This document shows positions 1 to 10,213 of a stretch of DNA of 64,000 bases, in pieces. This stretch comes from Candidatus Bathyarchaeota archaeon (GTDB taxonomy: Archaea > Thermoproteota > Bathyarchaeia > Bathyarchaeales > Bathycorpusculaceae): the NCBI GenBank assembly GCA_963775685.1, contig CAVZJV010000014.1, positions 704,001 through 768,000 of the forward strand, written 5' to 3'. The translations under genes and the position numbers were made by a program. Each line of letters begins with the position of its first letter. The first letter of the stretch is position 1. The notes beneath the pieces were generated by a model. That model worked only from the letters and a program-made list of their open reading frames with translations, searched no databases and was not told the DNA's origin.

Positions 1-83
1 TTTTTTTCTCTGAAACCGCATTAACCTGTAGTTAGGTCTAAACGCTCAACAGTATGCCCTTTATATGAGGGAACTAATAGTTT

Positions 84-440
84 TTGAAATCATTGAGGAG
101 CACAAAAGATTTGCAACTGGAAGATATGAAAAAGGAAATTGAAAACCTCGTCCTCGCCAAAGGTTTCTACAACAAGCCGGAAGATATTCCCAAAAAACTG
201 CTTTTTGCATTCATAGAGTTGGGAGAAGCCAGTGATGCTTGGAAGAAGGGTTTGCCTGAAGAGAAAATTGCTGAGGAACTCGTCGACGTCATTTTTTACA
301 TCTTGGATGCAAGCTGCTTAGCATGTCCAAGTATGAACATGGATGAAGTCTTTATGAAGAAGCTTGAAAAAAACCTTAGCAGACCCTTTCGGTATGGTGA
401 AGGACATCGAATTAGATCTCCTGAAGAAAACAAGAAATAA
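84..440 (+). CDS. MazG-like nucleotide pyrophosphohydrolase
   Basis: All-alpha NTP-PPase acidic motifs ELGEASDAW and EELVDVIFY; TTG start. Confidence 0.8.
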   Translation: MKSLRSTKDLQLEDMKKEIENLVLAKGFYNKPEDIPKKLLFAFIELGEASDAWKKGLPEEKIAEELVDVIFYILDASCLACPSMNMDEVFMKKLEKNLSRPFRYGEGHRIRSPEENKK

Positions 441-488
441 CAGTGAAGCTTTTATGGTTTAAACGTTAAATATAGCTGCTGAAACAAA

Positions 489-914
489 TTGGACTTTACT
501 TGCCCTAACAACTTGCTTTTCGAATGCAGCAAATGCGGCTTGTGCTGCGGTGACACAAAACAAAAAATAAGGCATGTTCTGCTCTTGGAGTCGGAAGCAA
601 ACGAGATATCAACTGAGACAGGTCTGCCAAAACGTGACTTTACAAAACAAATCACAGATAAAGCACCCTATTATTATGAGATGAAAAAGGACCAAGAAGG
701 AAAATGTTTTTTTCTTAAGAAGAGGCAATGTAGCATTTATGTGTTAAGACCCTTAATATGCAGGTTTTACCCCTTTGAATTAAAATTTGATAAAGAAAAG
801 AATAAGCATGTTTTTAATTTTACGTTTGAATGCCCTGAAATTGGTGAGGGCAAAAGAATGACTGAGAAGTCTTTTGAAGAGTTGTTTTTGCTGGCTCAAG
901 AAAGGCTTCATTAA
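489..914 (+). CDS. YkgJ/CxxCxxCC-family cysteine-cluster protein
   Basis: FECSKCGLCC, then CFFL..CSIY..RPLICRFYPF signature. Confidence 0.85.
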   Translation: MDFTCPNNLLFECSKCGLCCGDTKQKIRHVLLLESEANEISTETGLPKRDFTKQITDKAPYYYEMKKDQEGKCFFLKKRQCSIYVLRPLICRFYPFELKFDKEKNKHVFNFTFECPEIGEGKRMTEKSFEELFLLAQERLH

Positions 915-1375
915 AGTTGTCCCAGAACAGCCTCTTGTTCTATGGTTACTCCACAATAGTGACACTTCAAGATTAATGGTTCCTCTTGTTTGACGTAGAA
1001 TTTGGGTACTACAGGTTCGTTTGCGTTGGTTATACAAGAGGGGTTTAAGCATTTAACGATACTTTCAATTGTTTTAGGTATCTTAACCTCCAACTTTTCA
1101 ACAACCAAATAATTATGAATTATGTTTATTGACGCATGTGGCGCAACAAGGGCAATTCGGTTAACTTCTTGTGAGCTTAGTGCTTTTCCTTCTATTTTTA
1201 CAATATCTTTAACCCGAAACCGTCTGCTGGGAACGTTGATGGCTATAGTCATTACTCTTTTCTCTTTGCCGGTTATCCCGAGAATTTTTATTACATCTAA
1301 AGCAAATCCGCCGCGAATGTGATCGATGACTGTTCCATCCTTTATTTTGGTAACTCTAAGCTCTTTATCGCTCAT
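911..1375 (-). CDS. pyrI: Aspartate carbamoyltransferase regulatory subunit
   Basis: KIKDGTVIDHI, KDIVKIEG, Zn-binding CLNPSCIT...CHYC. Confidence 0.95.
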   Translation of the reverse strand: MSDKELRVTKIKDGTVIDHIRGGFALDVIKILGITGKEKRVMTIAINVPSRRFRVKDIVKIEGKALSSQEVNRIALVAPHASINIIHNYLVVEKLEVKIPKTIESIVKCLNPSCITNANEPVVPKFYVKQEEPLILKCHYCGVTIEQEAVLGQL

Positions 1376-1432
1376 ACCGAAATCTCTCGTAAATATTCAC
1401 AAGAAACAAATAAGAAGCTGCTAAAAAACAGT

Positions 1433-2161
1433 TTAGTTTTGATGTGCATGTGAACGCAAGTCAATAACAGTGGTGCCTGCAAACTTATCAAAGTACCGTA
1501 TAAACGCGCTATTCTTTATTCGCCACCCAACGAGCAAATCAAAAGGCAACAAAGGCAAGACTTTTCCAAAGTTTCTCACTCCAGCGTGGTCATATGACAT
1601 TTTCTTTCCATCTGTCCTAACGACTTTTAAACCTAAAAGTCGTTTGCCGAGGCTTTGACCGTTAAATCCCTCTAACAAAGTCGAGTAAAGCCAAAGCAAT
1701 CCGATTGTAATGAAGAGCACTTGGCTAAGGCTTCCCGAGAGGAACTCTGAGGTGGAAAGCGAAAGCAGGTTGGGAATATAAGTAATCGCCATAGTTATAG
1801 CTAAAATCAGAGCAAAATCAACAAGGAATGCAAAAACCCTATTTCTAAAGGAAGCAAGCGGAAGTTGACTTGCCTTTCCCTGCACGTCAGCAACCTCAGC
1901 CCAACTTTCCACGTCATAGATAACACGAACAGCGCTCTCTCCGGCCCTGCTTAGTTTGTATTTACCGCTGGAGGTTTGCTCTATAAACGGCGATAGCGCT
2001 CGAAGGTGGAAGCTAAGCTTTCCAGTATCAACCTTTAGCAAGTTTAGCAAGTCTGTGAAAGAGGACTCGCTGTTATTGCTAAGGTTTAGTAATATTTCCC
2101 TTCTCAACGGATGTGAAAGGACTGAAAGTACCTTCGAAACGTTTCCTTGATCTACTGCCAT
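1433..2161 (-). CDS. ArsR-like winged-HTH fused to an RDD-family membrane domain
   Basis: N-terminal LSHPLRREIL...GKLSFHLRAL; C-terminal RVFAFLVD, GQSLGKRLLGLKVV, DKFAGTTV. Confidence 0.85.
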   Translation of the reverse strand: MAVDQGNVSKVLSVLSHPLRREILLNLSNNSESSFTDLLNLLKVDTGKLSFHLRALSPFIEQTSSGKYKLSRAGESAVRVIYDVESWAEVADVQGKASQLPLASFRNRVFAFLVDFALILAITMAITYIPNLLSLSTSEFLSGSLSQVLFITIGLLWLYSTLLEGFNGQSLGKRLLGLKVVRTDGKKMSYDHAGVRNFGKVLPLLPFDLLVGWRIKNSAFIRYFDKFAGTTVIDLRSHAHQN

Positions 2162-2315
2162 GTTGCAAAACCATGCGTTTTACTAAATAGTGATCGGTTT
2201 TGGCGTATAGCCCATTACATCTCGTTTCTCCCATATAAGTTCCACTCAAAAATCCCAAAAGATCACCTAATTATAACTAGTTTTAATAGCTAAAAACAAC
2301 CTATTAAATAGTCCC

Positions 2316-3215
2316 ATGTCAAGCGCTGAAGTAGCCGTCCAAGTATTCAAAGAATTAGAAAACGAAGACTTCCGAATCTTAAACATAATCGAGGCAGCTA
2401 TGAGCAAACATGAATTCGTCCCAATAGAACAAATCCAAAAGTACTCCAAACTCCCAATGGACCGTATTGACTTCACATTGGGTAAACTAAACAAGCTAGG
2501 CTTAACGTATCGAACAAAAGAAACCTACAACGGACACACCCTAAACTATGTAGGATACGATTGCCTATCCATAAACGCCCTTGTCAAAGCAGGTGTAATC
2601 GAATCTTTTGGGCAAAGCTTGGGTGTGGGCAAAGAAGCTGACGTTTATGATGCCCTTAGCGCAGGTGGCAAACGAATAGCAGTAAAGTTTCATCGCTTGG
2701 GAAGGATAAGTTTTAGGCAGACTAGACGTAAAAGAGGCTACACCAGGGAACATTCCACGTGGCTGTTTCAGTCCCATTTGGCGGCGGAAAGAGAATACAA
2801 AGCCATGAAACAGGCTTACGAAAAAGGCGTTTCAGTTCCAGAACCCATAAGCCAAAACCGCCATGTTATAGCAATGGGGATGATTGAGGGCGCACAACTC
2901 TCAAAATACAAAGACATTGGCAAACCAGAAAAGGTGCTAAAAGAAATTCTGCAAAACCTCAGAAAAACTTACATGAAAGCTCACTTAATTCACGCTGACA
3001 TTAGCGAATATAACATCATCCTAGAGCCCGACGGTCACCTGCTAATTATTGATTGGCCGCAAGCAGTAAAAACAGATCATGCGAACGCAGAAGAACTCCT
3101 AGAGAGAGATATCAAAAATGTACTGACATTTTTCAGCCGCAAATTTAAGGTGAAGTTGGCTAGAAAAGAAGCCTGTAATTATGTTACTGGAGAAGCCAGA
3201 AAATTGGTGTTTTAA
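2316..3215 (+). CDS. rio2: RIO2-family Ser/Thr kinase
   Basis: N-terminal wHTH, GVGKEADVY, VKFHRLGRISF, HADISEYNI, IIDWPQ. Confidence 0.93.
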   Translation: MSSAEVAVQVFKELENEDFRILNIIEAAMSKHEFVPIEQIQKYSKLPMDRIDFTLGKLNKLGLTYRTKETYNGHTLNYVGYDCLSINALVKAGVIESFGQSLGVGKEADVYDALSAGGKRIAVKFHRLGRISFRQTRRKRGYTREHSTWLFQSHLAAEREYKAMKQAYEKGVSVPEPISQNRHVIAMGMIEGAQLSKYKDIGKPEKVLKEILQNLRKTYMKAHLIHADISEYNIILEPDGHLLIIDWPQAVKTDHANAEELLERDIKNVLTFFSRKFKVKLARKEACNYVTGEARKLVF

Positions 3216-3454
3216 TGTTTGCTGGCGTCCATAATTATGTACAGAATGTTGTTTCCACGAAGCAACACGTTGCCGTAGTTAGTCATTAGTTGGTCATCCT
3301 TGAATTCTGTTGCACCTTCCAAGAGAATGTTCATGTGTCCATCGCACTTTATCATTTTTCCCTTGTATTCATAGCCATTTTTCAGTACAACTTCAATGTT
3401 GTCATGTAATTGTTTTATGAGCACGTTTAATGGTTTTTTACTTGGTTCCATCAT
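3212..3454 (-). CDS. Sm-like (Lsm/SmAP) RNA-binding protein
   Basis: Sm1 DGHMNILL and Sm2 LRGNNI motifs; probable start at 3454 rather than 3508. Confidence 0.9.
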   Translation of the reverse strand: MMEPSKKPLNVLIKQLHDNIEVVLKNGYEYKGKMIKCDGHMNILLEGATEFKDDQLMTNYGNVLLRGNNILYIIMDASKH

Positions 3455-3906
3455 CGTCAATTTAGGGTCCCTGTCCATTCCTGTTGATAAGCAAGAACCC
3501 CATACCAAATATAAAAGTCTTATGAAAGAACTTTAACGCTTAATAACAAAAAATTGTTTAAAGGAGCAAAAGGCGAGTTTATTTGAGAGAATAAACTAAA
3601 GCCTGGATTTCTTGAACTTGTTTATATTGTGGTTTGATCGTTATCACTACAATCTACTCATTGTGCTTGCGATGTGGGATGCTTTCTTATCGATGTTTTT
3701 GATGTAGTTGTCTTAGTTGTGGAAGAACTACAAACTACATGGTTAAGAATTTAAAAGTTTGAAACTGAAGTATCTTTTCACAGCCGCCTCAGCTGAAATA
3801 GGGTTTGAAGACCCGCCTCCTTTTTACCTCGGACACAAGACGGTTCTTTCTTGTTAAAATATTGTTAACTTGAAGGAAGGGGTTTGGGGTTTTGAACCAC
3901 ATGAAA

Positions 3907-4158
3907 CTACAGTTTCGCCAATATTGACAGCGCCGCAACGACCAGAAAAGCGATACCGGTCCAAAACAGGTCCCCAGTCAAGAACCACACCACGATAGCA
4001 ATGAGAATAGCGGGAATCAGCACTAAGAATAGTTTGATCAAAATTATTATTATTAAGCCAATGATGACGAGTACAATGAGAAAACCAATGTCAAATCCGC
4101 CAAGCCCCAAACTGCTGAGTATAGAATAAATTAGGGTAATTAAGATAAAATTCATCAA
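3907..4158 (-). CDS. Small hydrophobic membrane protein
   Basis: 83 aa, almost entirely hydrophobic segments; GAGG upstream. Confidence 0.6.
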   Translation of the reverse strand: MMNFILITLIYSILSSLGLGGFDIGFLIVLVIIGLIIIILIKLFLVLIPAILIAIVVWFLTGDLFWTGIAFLVVAALSILAKL

Positions 4159-4226
4159 AGGTCCTCAATGAAAAATTGTAGTAAGTAGATAATAAGTTTT
4201 GTCTAAAAGATACCGCTCAAAGAAGT

Positions 4227-4739
4227 TTAGGAGCCTAATTTTGATTTGATTTTGGGAAGAACCTCTTTTTGAACCTGGACAACGCCAAACGTTGTTATCC
4301 TAAACTTTTCGTCAGCGGTCTTGGTTGCAAAATCGTTTTTTACAAGCTCGCCCAGCCGTGTGCTGGTTATTTTGCCGCTTTTCCCAAGTTTTGCCTGCAA
4401 CTCATCTTTTGAGAGCGAATCAACGTGAACTAATCCGAGTTTATCCCCCAGAAAATACGCTACAAGCCAAATTAGCAATGCTTCGTTATCCGTCAGCTTG
4501 TTTTTGGGAACAAGCAAACTTGCGCCGTCACCTGAAAAAGCCAATATACCTTTTAGGTCTTTAGCAAGTTGTGTCACATCGACGTTGAGCAAGAGTTTTT
4601 GGGCGATTTCAAAGGAAGGAATCATCTCTTTGAAGAATTGATTGAGAAGCAGCCACGCTTCTTGTGGTTGAGCGAAAAACCTTTGTTCGATATCTTTGTA
4701 TTTTATTTGAATATGGATTTTTTCGGGTTCATCGCTCAA
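4227..4739 (-). CDS. Hypothetical protein with C-terminal wHTH-like region
   Basis: Overlaps upstream gene by 4 nt; STRLGELVK...FRITTFG resembles a wHTH; similar layout to 4736-5206. Confidence 0.65.
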   Translation of the reverse strand: MSDEPEKIHIQIKYKDIEQRFFAQPQEAWLLLNQFFKEMIPSFEIAQKLLLNVDVTQLAKDLKGILAFSGDGASLLVPKNKLTDNEALLIWLVAYFLGDKLGLVHVDSLSKDELQAKLGKSGKITSTRLGELVKNDFATKTADEKFRITTFGVVQVQKEVLPKIKSKLGS

Positions 4740-5206
4740 CTCATCTTGCCTCGAATTTTCTTGAGAACGTCATCTTCTACCCATTTTTCACCCTGAATCG
4801 TCAACTTAAACTCGGGTTTGCTGGGGTCGGGCTTGAAAACTTGCCCGCGTTTAGTCATTTCGTTGAGTCTTGCGGGCACCATGCTTTTGATACCGCTGGA
4901 TTCCAAAAGTTTCTGCACTTGGGCAGCTGTGTTTTTTCGTTGGTCAGAAGCGTAAAGCACTAAACCAACTGCCTCATAGTGGGTAAGGTTCTCACGAGTA
5001 ACAATGACGGGACCTTCAGTCGTGGGTTCGATGATGCCTTTTAGTTGTGCCCCGGAGGGAGTTAATCTGTTAGATACAAAATCGGACATTTTCTCAACAA
5101 AGTTCTCAGGGATACTTTCCAGCATATTCATTAATTCTTCTGGGCTGTCGCCTTCGATTACGACCTCTCCGAAAGAAGTTTTTATGCGAGCTTCAATGCG
5201 TTTCAT
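4736..5206 (-). CDS. Hypothetical protein with C-terminal wHTH-like region
   Basis: PARLNEMTKRGQV...FKLTIQGEKW wHTH-like; GAAGGT upstream. Confidence 0.65.
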   Translation of the reverse strand: MKRIEARIKTSFGEVVIEGDSPEELMNMLESIPENFVEKMSDFVSNRLTPSGAQLKGIIEPTTEGPVIVTRENLTHYEAVGLVLYASDQRKNTAAQVQKLLESSGIKSMVPARLNEMTKRGQVFKPDPSKPEFKLTIQGEKWVEDDVLKKIRGKMS

Positions 5207-5286
5207 GGAATTACCTTCGATTAATTGTTATACTCGGTGAAGTCATTTAGGATTTGTGGCTAATAGCTTCTTTTAATATGAAAAGT

Positions 5287-7182
5287 CTATTTTAGGCGTT
5301 CACGCAAAAGTCTGCTTACCAATTCAGGATTGGCTTTTCCGCGGACTTCCTTCATAGCAGCACCCATAAGCATTCCGAAAGAGTTCTTGCTCAGTTTCTC
5401 AATTTGCTGCCTGTTGGCTGCAACAATTCGGGCAATGATTGGCGCCAAATCTTCTTCAGTAAACATCTTGAGCCCCAGAGCATCAACTGCATCCTGCAAG
5501 CATTTACCCTCGTTCTTGGACAGCCAGCCAAACACAGCTACCATAGCTTCTTTAGCAAGTTCTCCTGAACCAACTGCGAGGAAGATATATCTAATCTGTT
5601 CGTCGCTGACGTTTTCAAGTTGAATGCCCTCACGTTTTAGTGCTTTAAGGGTTTCCGTCAAAAACGCAGCCACCGTGGAAGCCGCAACCCCGCTCTCCTT
5701 AACCGTTGTCTCAAAGAGGCTGTTGTATTCTGAATCAATCAGCTGCTTTGCCAATTTATCGTTTAACCCGTACTGTTTGATGAGGCGGGCAAGTTTCTTG
5801 TCGGCTGGCTCAGGCAAGTTAGCCCGAACCTTCTCGACTATTTTCTGTGTGATTGTTTGTGGGGGAATGTCTGTTTCAGGGTACATCCTAGCGGCTCCAG
5901 GGCGCGGTCGCATGTACCTTGTAGTTGCATCGTCTTTGGCGGTGCGTGTTTCAGCTGGAACGCCCGTGCAAGCTTCCTGTGCCCGCTCAACCACGGCTTT
6001 TAGCGCATCCAAAACGTTCTCTGCCGTGTCAGCCACAAAAACCACATTATCTCCTTCCCCTGCGCCTAACATCTTGCGCAAGGCTTCTACTTCTTCAGGA
6101 GTGATTCCGTAGTTAGGCATCTCGTCTGTGTGGAATACTCCGCCGACTCTGCCCCAGAACTTTGCGCGGTCTGAAAGCTCAGTGCCTAGACGGAGGCTCG
6201 GCATCAGTTCACGTCCAAGCAAGCCTGCAAAACCTGCAAGTTTGATTGCCATGACTTTTTGGTTTTTGTCAACTGCTTTACGGATAACTTTGCTTTTGGA
6301 ATCCTTGAAGAGGCTGGTGACGTCTACGAAGTCAGGTTTGAGTGATTCGGTGGTTATGCCTCTTTTGGCAAGTTCCTCTTTTATGTCGATTAAGCTAAGC
6401 TGGCGTTGTACCTCGTATTCAACGACTGTTGAAATTAGGTCGAGTTGCTGAACACCTTTAATCTCAATTAATGCGCCATTTGGCAGTGACACGTTGAGGT
6501 CCTGGCGGATTGTTCCCAATCCACGCATCACCTTGCCTGTGTCACGCAGAATCCTGCCGATAGCATACGCAACTTCCTGTGCTTCCATAGGCGAATAGAT
6601 GACTGGTGCGGTGGCGACTTCGATAAGTGGGATTCCTAAGCGGTCGATGCGGTATCGGACGGTTTTGCCTTCATCTTGGGTGCCTGTTTTGCGTGCGGCA
6701 TCCTCTTCCAGGCTTGCAGCTTGCATGGGAATGATTTTTTCTCCAACTTTAATCCAGCCGTCCAACGCGATAATGCATGTTCGCTGGAAACCTGTGGTGT
6801 TCGATCCATCGATGACGGTTTTGCGCATAACGTGCACTTCGTCAACAGGCTGCATGTTCATCAGAAGTGAAGCCGTTAAGACTACTTCGACAGCAAACAA
6901 GTTGATGGGGTGGGGCGGTTCCTCATCCATCTCGACAAGGCAGCTGCTTTGGTGGTTGGCTTCGTAGAGGATTTTTACGCCTTTCTGGAACTCAAAGTAG
7001 GCTGCGGGGTCGATTTGTCCTAGTTCACTCTGGGTTGGTCGTAGTCTACGCAAGAAGGTCATTTCGGGGTCTTCCTTGAAGAGTTCGGGTGGACAGCTGC
7101 AGAAGAGTTTGCTATTGACGTTTAGTTGCTGGTGGATTTCTAAGCCGACTTTTAAACCGACTTTAGCGTAGTCGATGGTCAT
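5287..7182 (-). CDS. gatE: Glu-tRNA(Gln) amidotransferase subunit E
   Basis: GLKVGLEIHQQL, RKTVIDGSNTTGFQRT, RPRPGAARMYPETD; start at MTIDY (7182) just after gatD stop. Confidence 0.97.
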   Translation of the reverse strand: MTIDYAKVGLKVGLEIHQQLNVNSKLFCSCPPELFKEDPEMTFLRRLRPTQSELGQIDPAAYFEFQKGVKILYEANHQSSCLVEMDEEPPHPINLFAVEVVLTASLLMNMQPVDEVHVMRKTVIDGSNTTGFQRTCIIALDGWIKVGEKIIPMQAASLEEDAARKTGTQDEGKTVRYRIDRLGIPLIEVATAPVIYSPMEAQEVAYAIGRILRDTGKVMRGLGTIRQDLNVSLPNGALIEIKGVQQLDLISTVVEYEVQRQLSLIDIKEELAKRGITTESLKPDFVDVTSLFKDSKSKVIRKAVDKNQKVMAIKLAGFAGLLGRELMPSLRLGTELSDRAKFWGRVGGVFHTDEMPNYGITPEEVEALRKMLGAGEGDNVVFVADTAENVLDALKAVVERAQEACTGVPAETRTAKDDATTRYMRPRPGAARMYPETDIPPQTITQKIVEKVRANLPEPADKKLARLIKQYGLNDKLAKQLIDSEYNSLFETTVKESGVAASTVAAFLTETLKALKREGIQLENVSDEQIRYIFLAVGSGELAKEAMVAVFGWLSKNEGKCLQDAVDALGLKMFTEEDLAPIIARIVAANRQQIEKLSKNSFGMLMGAAMKEVRGKANPELVSRLLRERLK

Positions 7183-7183
7183 T

Positions 7184-8530
7184 TTATTGTGCTCCTTCAA
7201 AGATTTTGTCCTGTGGAAGCGTACGCGGCGAGAATTCACCTGCAATGTTGGTTTTCAAGAGCTTCTTTGCTTCTTCGGGATCTTCGGTTTGACCGAGAAC
7301 CCACATGAGTTTGACAAGTCCTGTTTCAGAGAACATATCATCGAGGGAAACTACGCCAAACGACAGCAAGTCACGTCCTGTGTCGTACACGTTCATGTTC
7401 ACGCGCCCCCAGATGCACTGGGAAGCCAAAGCAACCACCACGCCCTTGCCTATGGCGGTTTTGATGCTCTCAAAGCAGAATTTGCTCACATGCCCCAAAC
7501 CTGAGCCTTCCAGCAAAATGCCCTTAATGCCCCTGTAGACGTAGTAGTCGATGATTGATGGGTCAAATCCAGGATAAAACTTTACCAACGCCACTTTCTC
7601 ACTGAAATTTGGCTTTAGAATAAGCTTTTTCTTTGCATCACGGGGCTGGTACTCGTCGGATTGCATGGTTACGTGGAGGTCTTTAACTTTGGCGATGGGG
7701 AAGCCGTTGATCGATTTGAAGGTGTCTCGGCGACTTGTGTGGCACTTGCGCACTTTGGTTCCCCTGTGAACCACTATGGCTGTGTCAGAGACTGTTTGAT
7801 GCATTGCTAAACCGACTTCTGCGAACGGTGCTTCTCCTGCTACTTTCACAGCGCCAATAAGGTTGGTTGCGGCATCGCTGCTGGGTCTGTCAGAAGAACG
7901 CTGGGCACCGACAAGGAGGACTGGAACAGGAAGATTCTGAAGTGCAAAACTCAAAGCGGCTGAAGTGTAAGCCATCGTGTCAGTACCATGGGCAATAACC
8001 ACTCCATCGACGCCTGCTTCGATTCGCTTGGCAACGGTTTCCGCCAGCTCTCTCCAGTGCTTTTGGGTGATGTTTTCGCTATATAGACTGAAGACGATTT
8101 CTGTGTCAACCCGAGCCACATCTGCAAGCTCAGGAACGACTCCGTAGAGGTCGCTGGCTGAAATTGCTGAGCGCACTGCGCCTGTGCGGTAGTCTACTCT
8201 GCTGGCGATCGTTCCGCCTGTGCTCATTATGACAACGTGGGGCAATGCTGGATTTTGTTTGGGAATCGGCGGAGACGCGAAAGCGGGTCTGATGCCTTTT
8301 CCGACTTTTTCGATTTTGACGCCTTCAGTGACTTTGATGCCTACGTTGTAGCCACTCTTCATCTTAACGATGACAACCGTGCCTTCGCCTAGTTCCGAGC
8401 GGGGAATCAGTATGCCCTCGTAAACCTTGCCTTTGCTGGTGACTTTGATGATGTCGCCGATGTCGCAGTCGGTTTGCTTAAGCAGAAGTAGTGCTTCGCC
8501 TTTGTAACCTGAATTTTCAATTTGACTCAT
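7184..8530 (-). CDS. gatD: Glu-tRNA(Gln) amidotransferase subunit D
   Basis: STGGTIASRVDY, HGTDTMAY, QRSSDRPSSD asparaginase-like motifs. Confidence 0.97.
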   Translation of the reverse strand: MSQIENSGYKGEALLLLKQTDCDIGDIIKVTSKGKVYEGILIPRSELGEGTVVIVKMKSGYNVGIKVTEGVKIEKVGKGIRPAFASPPIPKQNPALPHVVIMSTGGTIASRVDYRTGAVRSAISASDLYGVVPELADVARVDTEIVFSLYSENITQKHWRELAETVAKRIEAGVDGVVIAHGTDTMAYTSAALSFALQNLPVPVLLVGAQRSSDRPSSDAATNLIGAVKVAGEAPFAEVGLAMHQTVSDTAIVVHRGTKVRKCHTSRRDTFKSINGFPIAKVKDLHVTMQSDEYQPRDAKKKLILKPNFSEKVALVKFYPGFDPSIIDYYVYRGIKGILLEGSGLGHVSKFCFESIKTAIGKGVVVALASQCIWGRVNMNVYDTGRDLLSFGVVSLDDMFSETGLVKLMWVLGQTEDPEEAKKLLKTNIAGEFSPRTLPQDKIFEGAQ

Positions 8531-8532
8531 AC

Positions 8533-10128
8533 CTATTTCTCCAGTTTTTTGGAAACGTAAACTCCGTCGGTTTCATAACCGAAACGCATATAGTACCTTC
8601 TTGTTCCTAATGCGCTGATAACTAAAAGCTTTTTCAATCCGAGTTCTTCGGTAGCCAAATGTTCAGCCTCTTTTAGGAGGATTTGCCCATATCCCTTATG
8701 TTGCCATGCGGCTTCGAAGTGTTTTCCAATAGGAACAAGTTGACCGTAAACGTGGAGTTCCCTGATAATTGCCGAGGGAACAACAGTGATTTCTGTCCTA
8801 TGTGCTTTCGCGGATGGGACGCGCATGCGCAAGAAGCCGAGCAACACATTGTTTTCTGAGTCTTCTGCTGAAATGAAAAATTCTTTGCCTTCTGAGGCAT
8901 CGTAGCGCTGGGTTATGATTTTGATTTTATCCAAATCAGGCTCAACATGGTCAACTGCTAATCGGTGCCCGACTTCGCGGCAGCGAATACATTGGCATTG
9001 AATACCCTGCGCTTTGAGCTTAGATTGGACAAGCTCTCGCACATCGCTCTTCTTTACGCCTGCCAAAATGAGCCTTGCGGGAATGTCACGTTGCACCCGC
9101 ATCACCCTTACCCATTGAGGTATAGTTTTTTTAATTTCGGCAATTACGTTTGCAGCTTCTTCGGTTGTATAGGGCTCAAACGTGCCGTTTTTGTACCACT
9201 CGTAGGTTTTGGTGCCTGCGATTGTTAGGCAGGGGTATATTTTTATCATGTCTGGTTTAAAAACTGAATCTGTGAAAACGCGGTTGAAAGCCACAATGTC
9301 TTTTTCAGGGTTGGACCCAGGCAGTCCCGGCATCATGTGATAAACAATTTTCAGTCCAGCGTCTTTGGCTATACGTGTCGCTTCAACCACATCTGAAACT
9401 GTGTGGGTTCTTCCCACTAAACGGTAAATCGCGTCGTCAGGATTCTGCACCCCAAGTTCAATTCGGGTCACACCCATGTCAAGCATTGCGTCGACGTGAG
9501 GCTGCTTTGCCCAGTCGGGTCGGGTTTCAACCGTTATGCCTACGTTGCGGGTTTCGCTGACTTCTGCGTTGGCTTTTGCCTCTTTCAAACTCTTTGAGGT
9601 TTTTCCTGTTAAGGCATCTAGGCTACGCTGAATAAACCAACTTTGATACTCCAAAGGGGTAGCTGGGAAAGTTCCGCCCATAACGATCAACTCAACTTTA
9701 TCGACCTTGTGCCCTATGGCATTGAGTTGACCGATGCGGCTTTGCACCTGCTCAGAGGGGTCAAAGAGGTTTTGTGCTCCACGCAACGCTGCAGGCTCAA
9801 ATCCTGTATAGCTTTGAGGGGAACCTTGGGTTGGCCCTCCTGGGCAGTAAGCGCATGGTTCAGGTTGTGGACAGGGATATGGTTTGGTCATGATGGCAAT
9901 TACAGTTACACCCGATATGGTTCGGGTGGCTTTTCGCTTTAGAATTGGCAGGAGCTTATCGATTTCCTGTGGTGTTAATGCTCTTATTAAATCGGCGTTT
10001 GCTGGGACAGCTTCTAAGTGGTACTTTGCGGCTGTTTTGATTTTTAAACGATTAACATCCTCGTGAGTGGGCGATGCCATCGAAAGAAGGGTTGTAAGTA
10101 TTTCTCTGAGGGCAATTTGATTGTTCAA
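8533..10128 (-). CDS. elp3: Elp3 tRNA U34 carboxymethylation radical SAM/GNAT enzyme
   Basis: CPQPEPCAYCPGG, ETRPD, RELHVYG, WQHKGYG. Confidence 0.95.
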   Translation of the reverse strand: MNNQIALREILTTLLSMASPTHEDVNRLKIKTAAKYHLEAVPANADLIRALTPQEIDKLLPILKRKATRTISGVTVIAIMTKPYPCPQPEPCAYCPGGPTQGSPQSYTGFEPAALRGAQNLFDPSEQVQSRIGQLNAIGHKVDKVELIVMGGTFPATPLEYQSWFIQRSLDALTGKTSKSLKEAKANAEVSETRNVGITVETRPDWAKQPHVDAMLDMGVTRIELGVQNPDDAIYRLVGRTHTVSDVVEATRIAKDAGLKIVYHMMPGLPGSNPEKDIVAFNRVFTDSVFKPDMIKIYPCLTIAGTKTYEWYKNGTFEPYTTEEAANVIAEIKKTIPQWVRVMRVQRDIPARLILAGVKKSDVRELVQSKLKAQGIQCQCIRCREVGHRLAVDHVEPDLDKIKIITQRYDASEGKEFFISAEDSENNVLLGFLRMRVPSAKAHRTEITVVPSAIIRELHVYGQLVPIGKHFEAAWQHKGYGQILLKEAEHLATEELGLKKLLVISALGTRRYYMRFGYETDGVYVSKKLEK

Positions 10129-10213
10129 GGGGAAGTACCAAAATAAGCTTAAGATTACAGATAAATAAACTGCACTTTCTTGAAATAGAATTTTAGCTCG
10201 AAAAAAGTTCTGC

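Noticed and set aside
5330-7538. Several long + strand ORFs over gatE/gatD (similar ones over DUF362, pfkB and the ATPase)
   Set aside because: Antisense shadows of well-supported genes with no motifs
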